From Candidatus Nanohalarchaeota archaeon (GTDB lineage: Archaea; Nanohalarchaeota; Nanosalinia; Nanosalinales; JAFCCC01), in NCBI GenBank assembly GCA_017610385.1, contig JAFCCC010000002.1, forward strand, positions 112,424 to 176,423: a DNA stretch of 64,000 bases, given 5' to 3'. Below are positions 48,193 through 58,561 of the stretch, piece by piece. The first letter of the stretch is position 1, and every line of letters begins with the position of its first letter. The notes under the pieces are model-generated. The model searched no databases, was not told the DNA's origin, and was given only the letters and a program-made list of their open reading frames with translations. A program made the translations under genes and the position numbers.

Positions 48193-48593
48193 ATATCAAA
48201 TTAGACGCGAACACCATACGAAGCATTAATGCATTTGAAAGAATTACGGGTGCAGAAGTACGTGATTGCATTATTGAAGGAAATTCTATATATTTTGTAG
48301 TAGAACCAGGAAAGGTTGGTTTAGTTATAGGTAAAAACGGGCGAACAATAAAAAAGGTTCAAGAGACACTCAACAAAAAAGTAAGAGTTTTTGAATATTC
48401 TGAAAAATTAAAGGATTTTGTTAAAAATATTGTCGGTGCATCCATTGAAGACGTTAGGAAGGAAGGAAGTGTCATTTTTATAACTTTTCCAAAAAATAAA
48501 AAACCTTCAATTATTGGTAGAGATGGAAAGAATATAGAACTAATAGTGAGACTATTAAAAAGAAACTTTGGAATTACCCAAGTTAAAATTTAA
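48189..48593 (+). CDS. nusA: Archaeal NusA
   Basis: Two KH domains (IGKNG.TI, IGRDG.NI); follows rpoA. Confidence 0.92.
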   Translation: MNIKLDANTIRSINAFERITGAEVRDCIIEGNSIYFVVEPGKVGLVIGKNGRTIKKVQETLNKKVRVFEYSEKLKDFVKNIVGASIEDVRKEGSVIFITFPKNKKPSIIGRDGKNIELIVRLLKRNFGITQVKI

Positions 48594-49285
48594 TAGCCGC
48601 GTAATTCTACTTTTGGAATATACTTTTCTAAAAGTTTTTTAAATTCTTCTGCAGTTGACTTTGGATATGGGGATTTAAACTTAAAATCTTTATTAAGAGT
48701 TATATCTGGCCTAAACTTTTGTAAAAAATATTTTTTACAACCACTTATTTCTTTACCAATTTGTAAAATATCGTTTCTTGAGATTAATTCTGGTAGAATA
48801 GTGGTTCTGAACTCATAATCAATAGAGGAATGCATAAGAAGGTTAACACTACTCTTTACTTTTTCTATATTCACATTGGTGTTAGCTACTTTATTATAAT
48901 TTTCAAATGGCGCTTTAATATCCATGGAGACAAAATCTATAATTTTATTGTCAAGCAATTTCTTTAGTAATTCTGGATTTGTACCATTCGTATCTAGTTT
49001 CACTAAAAAATGTTGTTTTTTGATTCTTTCGATAAAAGAATAAAGATCTTTTTGAAGAGTTGGTTCACCACCGGTGATTACAACTCCGTCTAAATAATTG
49101 ATTCTAGATTCTAAGAATTTAAAAAACTCTTCTTCTGGAATCTTTGGAATTTTTGATTCTAATACTAATTCTGGATTATGACAATAAGGGCATCTAAAAT
49201 TGCATCCAAATAGAAAAACAATACAACTTAATTGATTTGGGTAATCAATCAAAGAAAGTTTTTGCAATCCTCGAATATCTATCAT
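48590..49285 (-). CDS. nrdG: Anaerobic RNR activating enzyme (radical SAM)
   Basis: GCNFRCPYCHN, TGGEP, KLDTNG, EFRTT; directly downstream of nrdD. Confidence 0.92.
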   Translation of the reverse strand: MIDIRGLQKLSLIDYPNQLSCIVFLFGCNFRCPYCHNPELVLESKIPKIPEEEFFKFLESRINYLDGVVITGGEPTLQKDLYSFIERIKKQHFLVKLDTNGTNPELLKKLLDNKIIDFVSMDIKAPFENYNKVANTNVNIEKVKSSVNLLMHSSIDYEFRTTILPELISRNDILQIGKEISGCKKYFLQKFRPDITLNKDFKFKSPYPKSTAEEFKKLLEKYIPKVELRGY

Positions 49286-49289
49286 TGTC

Positions 49290-51545
49290 TCAATTATGTT
49301 GCAAACTTTTTATTACGTTATAAACTTTCCGTTCAGAAAATTCCTGCTGTTTTCCGTCATTCCAATCAGAAACTGGACGATAGAAACCTACAACTCTACT
49401 AAATACCTCACAAGGAGCACCACAAACAGAAGTTTGATTACTATTATTGCTCTCGTGCGGACATGTTCTATGTTCACCGTTTATATAACCGTGTTCTGGA
49501 CAAACACTAAAGGTAGGAGACAATGTAAAATAAGGTAATTTAAAGCCATGAGAGATTCTCTTAACTAATTTTTTAGTTGTGTCTAAAGAATCTAAACGCT
49601 CGCCTAAAAATGCATGGAAAACAGTTCCTCCAGTATATTTGGTCTGTAGTTCGTCTTGGTGTTCTAACGCTTCAAAAAGATCATCCGTGGCTCCAACAGG
49701 AAGCTGGGAAGAATTTGTATAATAGGGTGTTTGTTGGGTTCCTGCAGTGTGTATTTTAGGATAGGTTTTTCTATCTAATCTAGCTAATCTGTAAGCAGCA
49801 CCCTCTGCTGGTGTGGCTTCTAAATTATAAATGTGGTTTGTTTCTTCTTGAATTTCAATTAAACGATCTCTCATAAAATTTAAAACTTTCAATGCGAATT
49901 TTCTTCCTGTTGGCGTTGCAATACCTTCATTTAGAAAGTTTTCACAAGATTCATTCATTCCAAGTAAACCAATTGTTGAAAAATGAGTGTTTAAATGCCC
50001 TAAATAACGTTTGGTAAATGGCAAAAGTCCTTGGGCCATGTTTTTTTCAACTTCCTTTCGCTTAATTTCCAAACTGCTCTTAGCTAAATGCATTAAATGT
50101 TCTAGTTTATCAAAATACTCTTGTTCGGTTCTGGCAGTGTATCCAATTTTGGGAAGATTTATTGTTACTACACCAATACTTCCTGTTCTTTCACCAGAAC
50201 CAAATAAACCACCAGTTTTAGCACGTAAATCCTTCAAATTTAACTGCAATCTGCAACACATAGAACGAACATCAGTTGGCTTTAGACTGGAATTTACAAA
50301 ATTTTGGAAATATGGAGTTCCATATTTAGCAGTCATTTTAAATAACAAATCTGTATTTTCATCATTCCAATCAAAATCTTTGGTAATATTATATGTGGGG
50401 ATTGGAAATGTGAAGGTTCTTCCATCAGCGTCTCCTTCTAACATAATTTCACAAAAAGCCTTGTTAAATAAATCCATTTCTTCTTGAAAATCAGCATAGG
50501 TTTCTTTCTGTAGTTTGCCTTTATATATTACAGGCAGATCCTTTAAATCTTCTGGAACTTTCCAATCCAGTGAAACATTAGTAAATGGAGACTGGGCACC
50601 CCATCTGCTTGTCTGATTTATTCCAAAAACAAACATCTGTACTGCTTGCTTTACTGCTTTATAATCTAGTTTGTCATAGTAAATAAATGGGGCCATATAG
50701 GTATCTAAACTTGAAAATGCTTGTGCTCCAGCCCACTCGTTTTGCAAGGTTCCAAAAAAGGTTACAATTTGAGCTAATGCGGGAGATAAATGTGCTGCGG
50801 GTTTTCCGGATACTTTTCCACTAATACCACCGAATCCTTCTCGTAATAGTTGGGAAAGAGACCATCCAGCACAATACCCGCAGAAAGTTCCAGTTTCAGA
50901 ATCATGTAAATGAAAGTCACCTGCTCTATGTGCTTTAGAAATCTCTTTAGGGTAGACATTGTTCAAAACATAATCTCCCATAATTTTTCCGGAAATATGT
51001 GCTCGAAGTCCATTAAAGGAATAATTTAAATTTGCATTTTCTTTTACTTTCCACGCGCTTTTTTTAACATAAGAATCTACTGTTTTTTTAATATTTTCCA
51101 TCAGGGCTTTGGAAGACCTTACTTCAGATCTCTTTTGCCGATATAAAATAAAGCTTTTCGCAGTAATATAATATTCTTCTTTAAGAAGGATCTTTTCAAC
51201 AATATCTTGGATTTGCTCCACTGTTGGGCTTTTTCCATCAAATTTGTTTTCTAATTCATCAATTACTTCTTCACTTAATTTTTCAGCTAAAACTTCATCT
51301 CCTTGACCAGAAGATTTCATGGCTTTTTTTAATACCCTTGTAATTTTTTCTTGCTGGAATGGAACTAATCGACCATCTCTTTTTTCAATATTAATTATAT
51401 TGCTACCTTTTTGAACTTTTTCAAAAGTAGTAAATCTGCGTCCACAATTTAAACAGATTCTTCTTCTTCGATTAGAACTAAGATCTTGTGTTTTTCGTTT
51501 ATCAATAACCCTTGTTTGATCATGTGAACAATATGGACAACGCAA
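49290..51545 (-). CDS. nrdD: Class III ribonucleoside-triphosphate reductase with N-terminal NrdR-type Zn ribbon and ATP cone (start probably TTG at 51545)
   Basis: RCPYC...T.VID.R.....RRRR.C..CGRRFTTFE, KRDG ATP cone, GYCAGW, SMCCRL, SRVVGFYRP glycyl-radical motif; GGGGGA SD before the TTG. Confidence 0.93.
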   Translation of the reverse strand: MRCPYCSHDQTRVIDKRKTQDLSSNRRRRICLNCGRRFTTFEKVQKGSNIINIEKRDGRLVPFQQEKITRVLKKAMKSSGQGDEVLAEKLSEEVIDELENKFDGKSPTVEQIQDIVEKILLKEEYYITAKSFILYRQKRSEVRSSKALMENIKKTVDSYVKKSAWKVKENANLNYSFNGLRAHISGKIMGDYVLNNVYPKEISKAHRAGDFHLHDSETGTFCGYCAGWSLSQLLREGFGGISGKVSGKPAAHLSPALAQIVTFFGTLQNEWAGAQAFSSLDTYMAPFIYYDKLDYKAVKQAVQMFVFGINQTSRWGAQSPFTNVSLDWKVPEDLKDLPVIYKGKLQKETYADFQEEMDLFNKAFCEIMLEGDADGRTFTFPIPTYNITKDFDWNDENTDLLFKMTAKYGTPYFQNFVNSSLKPTDVRSMCCRLQLNLKDLRAKTGGLFGSGERTGSIGVVTINLPKIGYTARTEQEYFDKLEHLMHLAKSSLEIKRKEVEKNMAQGLLPFTKRYLGHLNTHFSTIGLLGMNESCENFLNEGIATPTGRKFALKVLNFMRDRLIEIQEETNHIYNLEATPAEGAAYRLARLDRKTYPKIHTAGTQQTPYYTNSSQLPVGATDDLFEALEHQDELQTKYTGGTVFHAFLGERLDSLDTTKKLVKRISHGFKLPYFTLSPTFSVCPEHGYINGEHRTCPHESNNSNQTSVCGAPCEVFSRVVGFYRPVSDWNDGKQQEFSERKVYNVIKSLQHN

Positions 51546-51552
51546 TAAAATC

Positions 51553-51599
51553 CCCCCACATCTTGTGTGTTTAGTACTAACAAACACAACATCTTGTGT
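51553..51599. promoter_or_regulatory. Tandem NrdR-box-like operators (51553-51568 and 51584-51599)
   Basis: ACACAACATCTTGTGT and CCCCCACATCTTGTGT, 31 bp apart, compared with the NrdR consensus acaCwAtATaTwGtgt; minus-strand TATA TTTATATA at 51638-51631. Confidence 0.75.
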
Positions 51600-51910
51600 T
51601 ACAAAAGTAAAACTAATTTGATTTGAAGAATATATAAAACCACATTATACAGAAAAATTCATGTTAAAAACCAAATGTTAGAAAATAGTTTTTAGAATAA
51701 ATACAACGATAAAGAATAAAGAAGCCATATAAAAGAAAGAGGGGTAAATTAAAAATCAAAAAGAGATACTATTTGTAAAAAAGCGAATTTTTCATAAAAA
51801 GAAGGATTAAAGAACGTAAATGTGATGTTCTTTTTTAGTGGTATTTTTCTTGGTAAATAAAGGGGTTAGTATTTAAATATTTCGTTCTAAGAGTAAATCT
51901 ACAGGTAAAA

Positions 51911-52333
51911 ATGGGACTTTATAATGCACGACAAGTAAAGAAAAAAAGGAAAGCGAGTAAATGGATGAAAATAGACTATAAAAGATCAAAACTACATATG
52001 CAAAAGAAAAAAGATCCATTAGAAGGGTGTCCACAAGCTAGAGCAATTGTTCTAGAAAAGAGACAGCTAGAGGCGAAACAGCCAAACTCTGCGTTAAGAA
52101 AGTGTGTTCGAATTCAATTAATTAGAAATGGTAAACAGATTACTGCCTTTGTTCCAGGAAATAAAGCAATCAGCTTCATTGATGAGCACGACGAAGTTGT
52201 TATTGAGGGGATAGGTGGGGCGCAGGGCGGACCAAAAGGAGACATTCCAACTGTAAAATATCAGGTTTCTAAAGTAAATAATGTTGCTTTGGAGCAATTA
52301 GTTAAAGGAAAGAAACAAAAACCAGGCAGGTAA
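51911..52333 (+). CDS. rps12: 30S ribosomal protein S12 (uS12)
   Basis: [26 protein letters not shown]. Confidence 0.97.
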   Translation: MGLYNARQVKKKRKASKWMKIDYKRSKLHMQKKKDPLEGCPQARAIVLEKRQLEAKQPNSALRKCVRIQLIRNGKQITAFVPGNKAISFIDEHDEVVIEGIGGAQGGPKGDIPTVKYQVSKVNNVALEQLVKGKKQKPGR

Positions 52334-52338
52334 GTTTA

Positions 52339-53175
52339 ATGGTAAAAATGGAACAGGTTCAGGAAGTTAAAGAAAAGAAAATTAGAAAAACAGAGGTAGT
52401 GAAAACTATAGAAAAAACTGAAGAAGTAAAAAAAAGTGTTGATACTAAAAAGATTAAAAAAGAAAAAAAAAGTAAAAGTAGTCTAGTTAAAAAGCCAAAT
52501 AAAGAAGCAACTAAAAAAGAAGTTGAATCTAAAGATCCTGAAAAAGTAGAAAAACAGATTTCTAGGAAAGAACCAAAGGCAAATGATATCTTATTATTTG
52601 ATAGATGGGATTCTGAAGATGTTGAAATTAAAGATATGGGATTAGCTCAGTATATGAATGTTAAAAATATTTTAGTACCTAATGCGCATGGAAGACATGC
52701 AAAAAAACAATTTTATAAAAGCGATTTGAATATTGTCGAACGATTGATGAATAGAATGTACGTTGCAGGACACAGAGGGAAAAAACATAAAATCTTTTCT
52801 GGACAAAATATTGGAAAATCCCAAAAATTGTGGGGTATTATAGAAGATTCTTTTGAAATAATTGAAAATCAAACAAAAAAGAATCCTGTTCAAATCTTAG
52901 TTACTGCTATTGAAAATTCAGCACCCAAAGAAGAAGTTATTACATATCAAAGAGGCGGACAGATGGCACGAAAACCAGTTGTTGTTTCTTCTCAAAGAAG
53001 AATTGACTTGGCATTAAGGATGTTAACTCAGGGGGCGTATGAAAATCGTCTGAATAATAAAATGACCGCAGCAGAATCTTTAGCTAAAGATATTATCGCA
53101 GCTTCCAAGAACGAAAGATGCAAAGCAATTATGGAAAGAGAGAGAAGAGAAAAAGAAGCTAAAGGTGCAAGATAA
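52339..53175 (+). CDS. rps7: 30S ribosomal protein S7 (uS7) with a long Lys/Glu-rich N-terminal extension
   Basis: LFDRW, NIVERL.N, NPVQILV.AIENSAP.EE, S.QRRID.AL. Confidence 0.95.
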   Translation: MVKMEQVQEVKEKKIRKTEVVKTIEKTEEVKKSVDTKKIKKEKKSKSSLVKKPNKEATKKEVESKDPEKVEKQISRKEPKANDILLFDRWDSEDVEIKDMGLAQYMNVKNILVPNAHGRHAKKQFYKSDLNIVERLMNRMYVAGHRGKKHKIFSGQNIGKSQKLWGIIEDSFEIIENQTKKNPVQILVTAIENSAPKEEVITYQRGGQMARKPVVVSSQRRIDLALRMLTQGAYENRLNNKMTAAESLAKDIIAASKNERCKAIMERERREKEAKGAR

Positions 53176-53357
53176 TTAAAGTAACTGCAATTTATGTTCC
53201 ATATATTTTATATTGCCTGCTTTTATGTATTAGAGTTTATCCAGTAAATTAATTTTGTTAGACTATTTGCATAACAGGCCTTTGTTTAGCAATAGATAAT
53301 ACAATAATACTAAGTTTTTAGAAGGTTTAATAAACTCTAAGAAAAATTATACTAAAT

Positions 53358-54026
53358 ATGAAAGTTGGTGTTTTATTCTCTGGAGGAAAAGATAGTGCTT
53401 TTGCAGCGTATTTAGCTAAAAAAGAAGGACACGAATTAGCTTGTTTAATTTCAATTTTTTCAAAAAATGATTATAGTTATATGTTTCACACACCTTCGAT
53501 TTCCAAAGTTGAAAAGCAAGCAGAAGTTATGGAAATTCCCTTAATTAAATTTCAAACAAAAGGTGAAAAAGAACTGGAATTACAAGATTTGAAAAAGGCG
53601 GTTTTAGAAGCGAAGGAAAAATTCAACATAGACGCAATTATTACTGGCGCAGTTGCAAGTGTTTATCAGGCGAGTAGAGTTCAAAAAATTTGTGAAGAAT
53701 TAGAATTAAAAGTAATTAATCCTCTATGGCAGGTGAATCAGATTGAGCTTTTGGAAGACCTAATTAAAAATGATTTTGAAGTGATTATTACTGGAATTGC
53801 AGCGTACCCGTTAGATGAACGTTGGCTCGGGCGCAAAATTGATCAGAAATTTATCGAGGAAACAAAAGAACTTCAGAAAAAATATGGAATAAATCCAGTA
53901 GGTGAGGGTGGTGAATTTGAGTCATTTGTTTTAAATTGCCCTTTGTTTAAAAAAAGATTAAAAATTAAAGACCAAGAAATCACTGGAGAGAAAAATAGTT
54001 TTAGAATGGAACTTGAATTATTATGA
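53358..54026 (+). CDS. dph6: Diphthine--ammonia ligase (Dph6)
   Basis: LFSGGKDS PP-loop, SYMFH, S.YQ..R, PLW, GEGGEFES.V. Confidence 0.9.
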   Translation: MKVGVLFSGGKDSAFAAYLAKKEGHELACLISIFSKNDYSYMFHTPSISKVEKQAEVMEIPLIKFQTKGEKELELQDLKKAVLEAKEKFNIDAIITGAVASVYQASRVQKICEELELKVINPLWQVNQIELLEDLIKNDFEVIITGIAAYPLDERWLGRKIDQKFIEETKELQKKYGINPVGEGGEFESFVLNCPLFKKRLKIKDQEITGEKNSFRMELELL

Positions 54027-54163
54027 GAGTATATTTCGCAGTTCTCGAAAGATTTAAATATACTACTTCTTATTTCAATGCATCGAGGAATTTATATGGC
54101 AAAATTTACAGTAGAAGATATTCAAAAATTGGCCCAAAACCCAGAAAACATTAGGAACATTGG

Positions 54164-55729
54164 AAGGCCGAAGAATTATTTAAAAGATTTGAAACGCATG
54201 GGGATATTTTAAAGGAGAATGAAGACGAAAAAATTATCAAAATTGAGAATTCAAACGTATTTGTAAATAGTTTTGATGTGGAATCTGGGAATGTTAAAAG
54301 AGGAAGAATAACACATATTTGGAGAATGAAGAAAACAGATTCTTTGATTGAAGTTTCTGTAGAAAATGGAAGAAAAATCAAAACCACTTCAGAACACAGA
54401 TTTCTAATTTTGTCTAAATCAGGAAAATTTATAGAAAAAAGGGCGGATGATTTGTCTGAGAAAGATGTTTTGGTCTGTGCAAGAAAACTAAATTATTCTG
54501 CATTGACAATTACAGAATTAAAAAACGAATTCCTAAGAACGCTTGGTACAGAGTATAATTTTTATGTTAACTTAAAGAAAGAATTAAAAAATACTATACA
54601 TAAAAAAGTTCTAGGATATGGAAAAGAGGATGTTTGGAAGGATATTAATTCTAAATTAAAAATGGATTCTTTTTATAATGGGGTCTGGAGAGGACAGTAT
54701 AGACTCAAAGATCTGATAAATTTGGCAGATTTTCTAAAGATAGATTTTAATGAAATCTATATGGGAATACTTAGTTTAAATTATCGAGAAGCAAAAAGGA
54801 GGGGTGTGCATTCCTCTATTGCTTTAAAATTACCACATACTTTGCATGATTTTGAGAAGTTGTACTATCTTTCGGGGGTTTTCTTTGGAGATGGAAGCTC
54901 TGGATCAATTTCAAATAAAAGTGAGGAATTACAGCAAAAAATAGAAAAGTTTTGTAAATATTTGGGAATTGATGTAGCTATAAGAAAATATGGTGATAAA
55001 TGCCCTAGAATTGATGTTAAAGGGGGTTTAACTCTTCAAAAAATACTGAATCTTGTTTTTTTATATCCTCTAAAGCAAAAATCGCATAACATTTCAGTAT
55101 CTTCTTTTGTAGAAAAATCTCCGGTTGAATTAATAAAATGTTTTATAAGGGGTTATTTTGATACAGATGGAACTATTGAAAAAGCTAGAAGTGCTGTGTC
55201 TATAACTTCTGTTAGCAAAGAAATGCTAGAGGGTTTGCAACTTCTACTTTACAAATTTGACATTGGTTCTATCATCAATGAAAATAAACAGACTTTGTAT
55301 ATCTCTGGAAGAAGTTCACTTGAAAAGTTTAAAGAAATTGGATTTTCAATTAAGTCTAAAAATAACAGATTTGAAACTCTTTTGAATAAAAGTTCAGTGT
55401 CGAAATTAGAATACATCCCAATAAATGCTGATATTTTAAGGAATGCTAGGAAAAGACTTAATTTAAGCCAAAATCAAATTTTTAATAATTATAGAAACTA
55501 TGAAATAGAAGCTGTTGGGTTGTCTAAAACTTCCTTAAGGAAAATTAAAGATAAAATAAGTGCTTTTGGAGAAGTAAAAGAGTTAAAGCTAATGAATGTT
55601 TTATGTACAGAAGATACTACTTTTTTGAAAGTCAAGACTCTTAAAAAATCATCCAAAGAAGACTATGTTTACGATTTTACAGTTGAAAAATATCACAATT
55701 TTGTTGCAGAAGGGTTTATAATCCACAAC
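54164..55729 (+). mobile_element. Intein with LAGLIDADG homing endonuclease in EF-2 (N-terminal block A missing)
   Basis: Block B TT.EHRF, LAGLIDADG motifs SGVFFGDGS and IRGYFDTDG, blocks F/G VYDFTV...HNF...IHN followed by Thr. Confidence 0.92.
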
Positions 55730-55852
55730 ACGACACTGACAGATAACCTGTTATTTAGAGCTGGAATGATTTCTGGAGAATTAGCGGGTCATCAATTGTT
55801 TATGGATTATGATCCTCAAGAACAAGAAAGAGGAATTACGATTTATGCGGCC

Positions 55853-55945
55853 AATGTATCTATGGTTCACGAATTAGATGGGAAAAAATATCTGATTAAT
55901 GTATCTATGGTTCACGAATTAGATGGGAAAAAATATCTGATTAAT
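55853..55945 (+). repeat. Exact in-frame 45-nt tandem duplication in EF-2
   Basis: AATGTATCTATGGTTCACGAATTAGATGGGAAAAAATATCTGATT occurs twice (NVSMVHELDGKKYLI x2). Confidence 0.95.
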
Positions 55946-57942
55946 TTAATTGATACTCCAGGCCATGTAGATTTTGGAGGAGACGTTACAAGAGCTATGA
56001 GAGCGGTTGATGGGGCATTAGTGGTAGTAGACGCAGTAGAAGGTTGCATGCCACAAACAGAGACGGTTCTGAGACAAGCGTTAAAAGAAAAAGTAAAACC
56101 GATTTTATTTGTTAATAAAGTAGATAGATTAATCAAAGAATTAAAATTAAATCCAAAAGAAATGCAAGCGCGTTTTATTGCGGTTATTGAAGAAGTTAAT
56201 AATTTGATAAGAAAAATGGCCACAAAAGACATGAAAGAAAAATGGCTTGTTTCAGTAGAAAATGGATCTGTTGCCTTTGGAACAGGCCTTAGAAATTGGG
56301 CAATTTCTATTCCATTTATGAAAAAGACTGGAATTACATTCAAAGACATTATTGACCTAGTAAATGAAGATAATGAAAAGAAATTGGCAGAAATAGCACC
56401 ATTGCACGAAGTTGTGTTGAATATGGTTATTAAACACCTATTAGATCCAGTTAAAGCACAGGAATATCGTATTCCCCAAATTTGGAAAGGAGATTTAGAG
56501 TCAGAATATGGCAAATCAATGCGCATGTGCGATAAAAACGGAAAACTAGTTGCAGTTGTAACTAATGTTATGACAGATCAACATGCTGGTGTTATTTGTA
56601 CAGCTAGATTGTTCTCAGGAACCATAAAAGAAGGAATGGAATTATATGGCGTTTTATCTCATAAAGAACAAAGATTACAGCAAGTGGGAGTTTATTCTGG
56701 ACCAAGGAAAATGAAAATTGATTCTGTTCCCGCAGGCAACATTGTTGCTTTAACTGGTGTAGATTATTCAACAGGAGAGACTTTAGTTTCAAAGGGAGAA
56801 CACTTAGAACCTTTCGAAAGAATAGAACATATGTTTGAACCAGTTGTTACTAAATCTATAGAGGCTGCTAAAACAGCAGATCTTCCAAAGTTAGTTAAAG
56901 CCTTACGAATAAGAGCAAAGGAAGATTCGACTATCCGAATTAAAATTAATGAAGAAACTGGGGAAACATTGGTTTCTGGTTTAGGTGAATTACATATTGA
57001 AGCGAAAATTGAACGATATTTAAAAGACAAAGGTATTGAAATTAATGTTTCAAAGCCAATTGTGGTTTATAGAGAAAGCGTAAAAGGATTATCTCCTGAG
57101 ATGGAAGGTAAATCTCCAAATAGGCACAATAGATTTTACTTTACTTTGGAACCAGTTACTCCTGAGGTTTATAAGGTATTGACTGAAGGAAATCTTCCTG
57201 AAGGTAAAATAAGATCTCAAGATAAACTTTTAATTAGGGACAAAATGCAGGAAGCTGGAATGGCCAAAGAAGATGCTAGCCGAATTATTGCAATTAAAGG
57301 TTCAAATTTGATTATTGATACCACAAGAGGTATTCAATATTTGAGTGAAACTTATGAATTAATAATTCAGGCATTTGAATCTATAATAGAAGAAGGGCCT
57401 CTTGCTAAAGAGCCATGTATGGGAGTACTCGCCAAACTTCGTGATGCGAAATTGCACGAGGATGCTATTCACAGAGGTCCAGCTCAAGTAATTCCTGCAG
57501 TAAGGGAGTCTTTAACTAATGGTATTTTAACAGGTGGAGCGAAATTACAAGAACCAAAACAAATTATCAGAATAGATACACCATCTTCAGAACTTGGTGG
57601 TGCTATCAGAGAATTAAGTAATCGAAGAGGTCAGGTATTAGAAATGACTGATGAAGAAGGGTCAGGCATAATTAAAGCAAAGATACCCGTAGCAGAAATG
57701 TTTGGATTTGAAGCGGGTTTGAAAAGCGCCACAGGTGGGAAAGGATTTTATTCGTTAATGGATCAGGTGTTTGAACCATTACCAGAAGCACTTCAGAACG
57801 AGGTTGTTTTGAATATTAGGAAAAGAAAAGGAATGAAATTAGAAATCCCGCGAGCATAAGTTAAACGAGTTCTAAATTAAAAGCAGTATTAAATCACAAA
57901 AGAAGCGTAAGCTTTAAATATTTTTGATAGAATCATACTACT

Positions 57943-58500
57943 ATGGAAAGCACAATGAAAGCGCCTTTAACATACGCGTGGGAAAAAGAAATTTTGGATA
58001 AGGATCCACGAGGAGAACGTTTTTTGCAAGAACTACCACCATATTCTTTGCCATCAAAAGACCTACAGAAAAATAGACATACTTATTCAGAGGAACCAGA
58101 CGATTCAAAGGATTCTAGAAATTTAGAATATTCAAGAACATTAATAATTGCTTCTTCTGCAGAATTGGGTGAAATTGATCGTGTTGTTAAAGGACAGACT
58201 TCGGCCTATTCTGGAACAGATTTGGATGAATTAAAAAGTGTATTACAAAAAGAAAAAATAACTACATTAAAGGATGTAAGATTATGTTGTGTTCCAAGAA
58301 ATTTTTGGAGAGAATTTTACGGCACATCAAATTATATAGATGCTCCTTTTTCTCAAGAACCAGTTGAAAGAATTTTAACTACAGGGCATATGTGTATTCC
58401 ACAAGACCATGCAAGTCCAGAAGACATTTCAGTACAAGGCTATCTTGAAATATTTGAAAAGCGTTTTGGAATTCCTGTGATTGAGCTTCCGTCTTTATAG
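57943..58500 (+). CDS. Hypothetical protein
   Basis: ORF with TATA-like TTTAAATA about 25 nt upstream. Confidence 0.65.
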   Translation: MESTMKAPLTYAWEKEILDKDPRGERFLQELPPYSLPSKDLQKNRHTYSEEPDDSKDSRNLEYSRTLIIASSAELGEIDRVVKGQTSAYSGTDLDELKSVLQKEKITTLKDVRLCCVPRNFWREFYGTSNYIDAPFSQEPVERILTTGHMCIPQDHASPEDISVQGYLEIFEKRFGIPVIELPSL

Positions 58501-58561
58501 ATTTTGTGTATTCAACGTCCCAGCAGTTACTTTTATTAACAACTCCTGATAAAGTTATTCT

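Larger units (their letters stand above)
54096..57859 (+). pseudogene. fusA: Elongation factor 2 with intein; apparent deletion and frameshift near 54164
   Basis: ATG 54096 gives MAKF...NIRNIG, then the frame stops at 54212; the -1 frame carries the intein and TTLTDNLL...DTPGHVDF...NKVD...HRGPAQ; AHIDHGK is absent. Confidence 0.8.

Noticed and set aside
51546-51587. N-terminal extension MFVSTKHTRCGGIL of NrdD in the ORF track
   Set aside because: It spans the operator boxes and the SD; NrdR homology begins at the TTG at 51545.
54160-54215. Programmed -1 frameshift or BHB intron rescuing EF-2
   Set aside because: Essential residues are absent from all frames, so recoding or splicing cannot restore them.
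55912-56526. 204-aa antisense ORF, and similar antisense ORFs inside dnaK, the permeases, rpo genes, nrdD and tuf
   Set aside because: These are shadow frames of well-supported genes on the opposite strand, with no motifs of their own.
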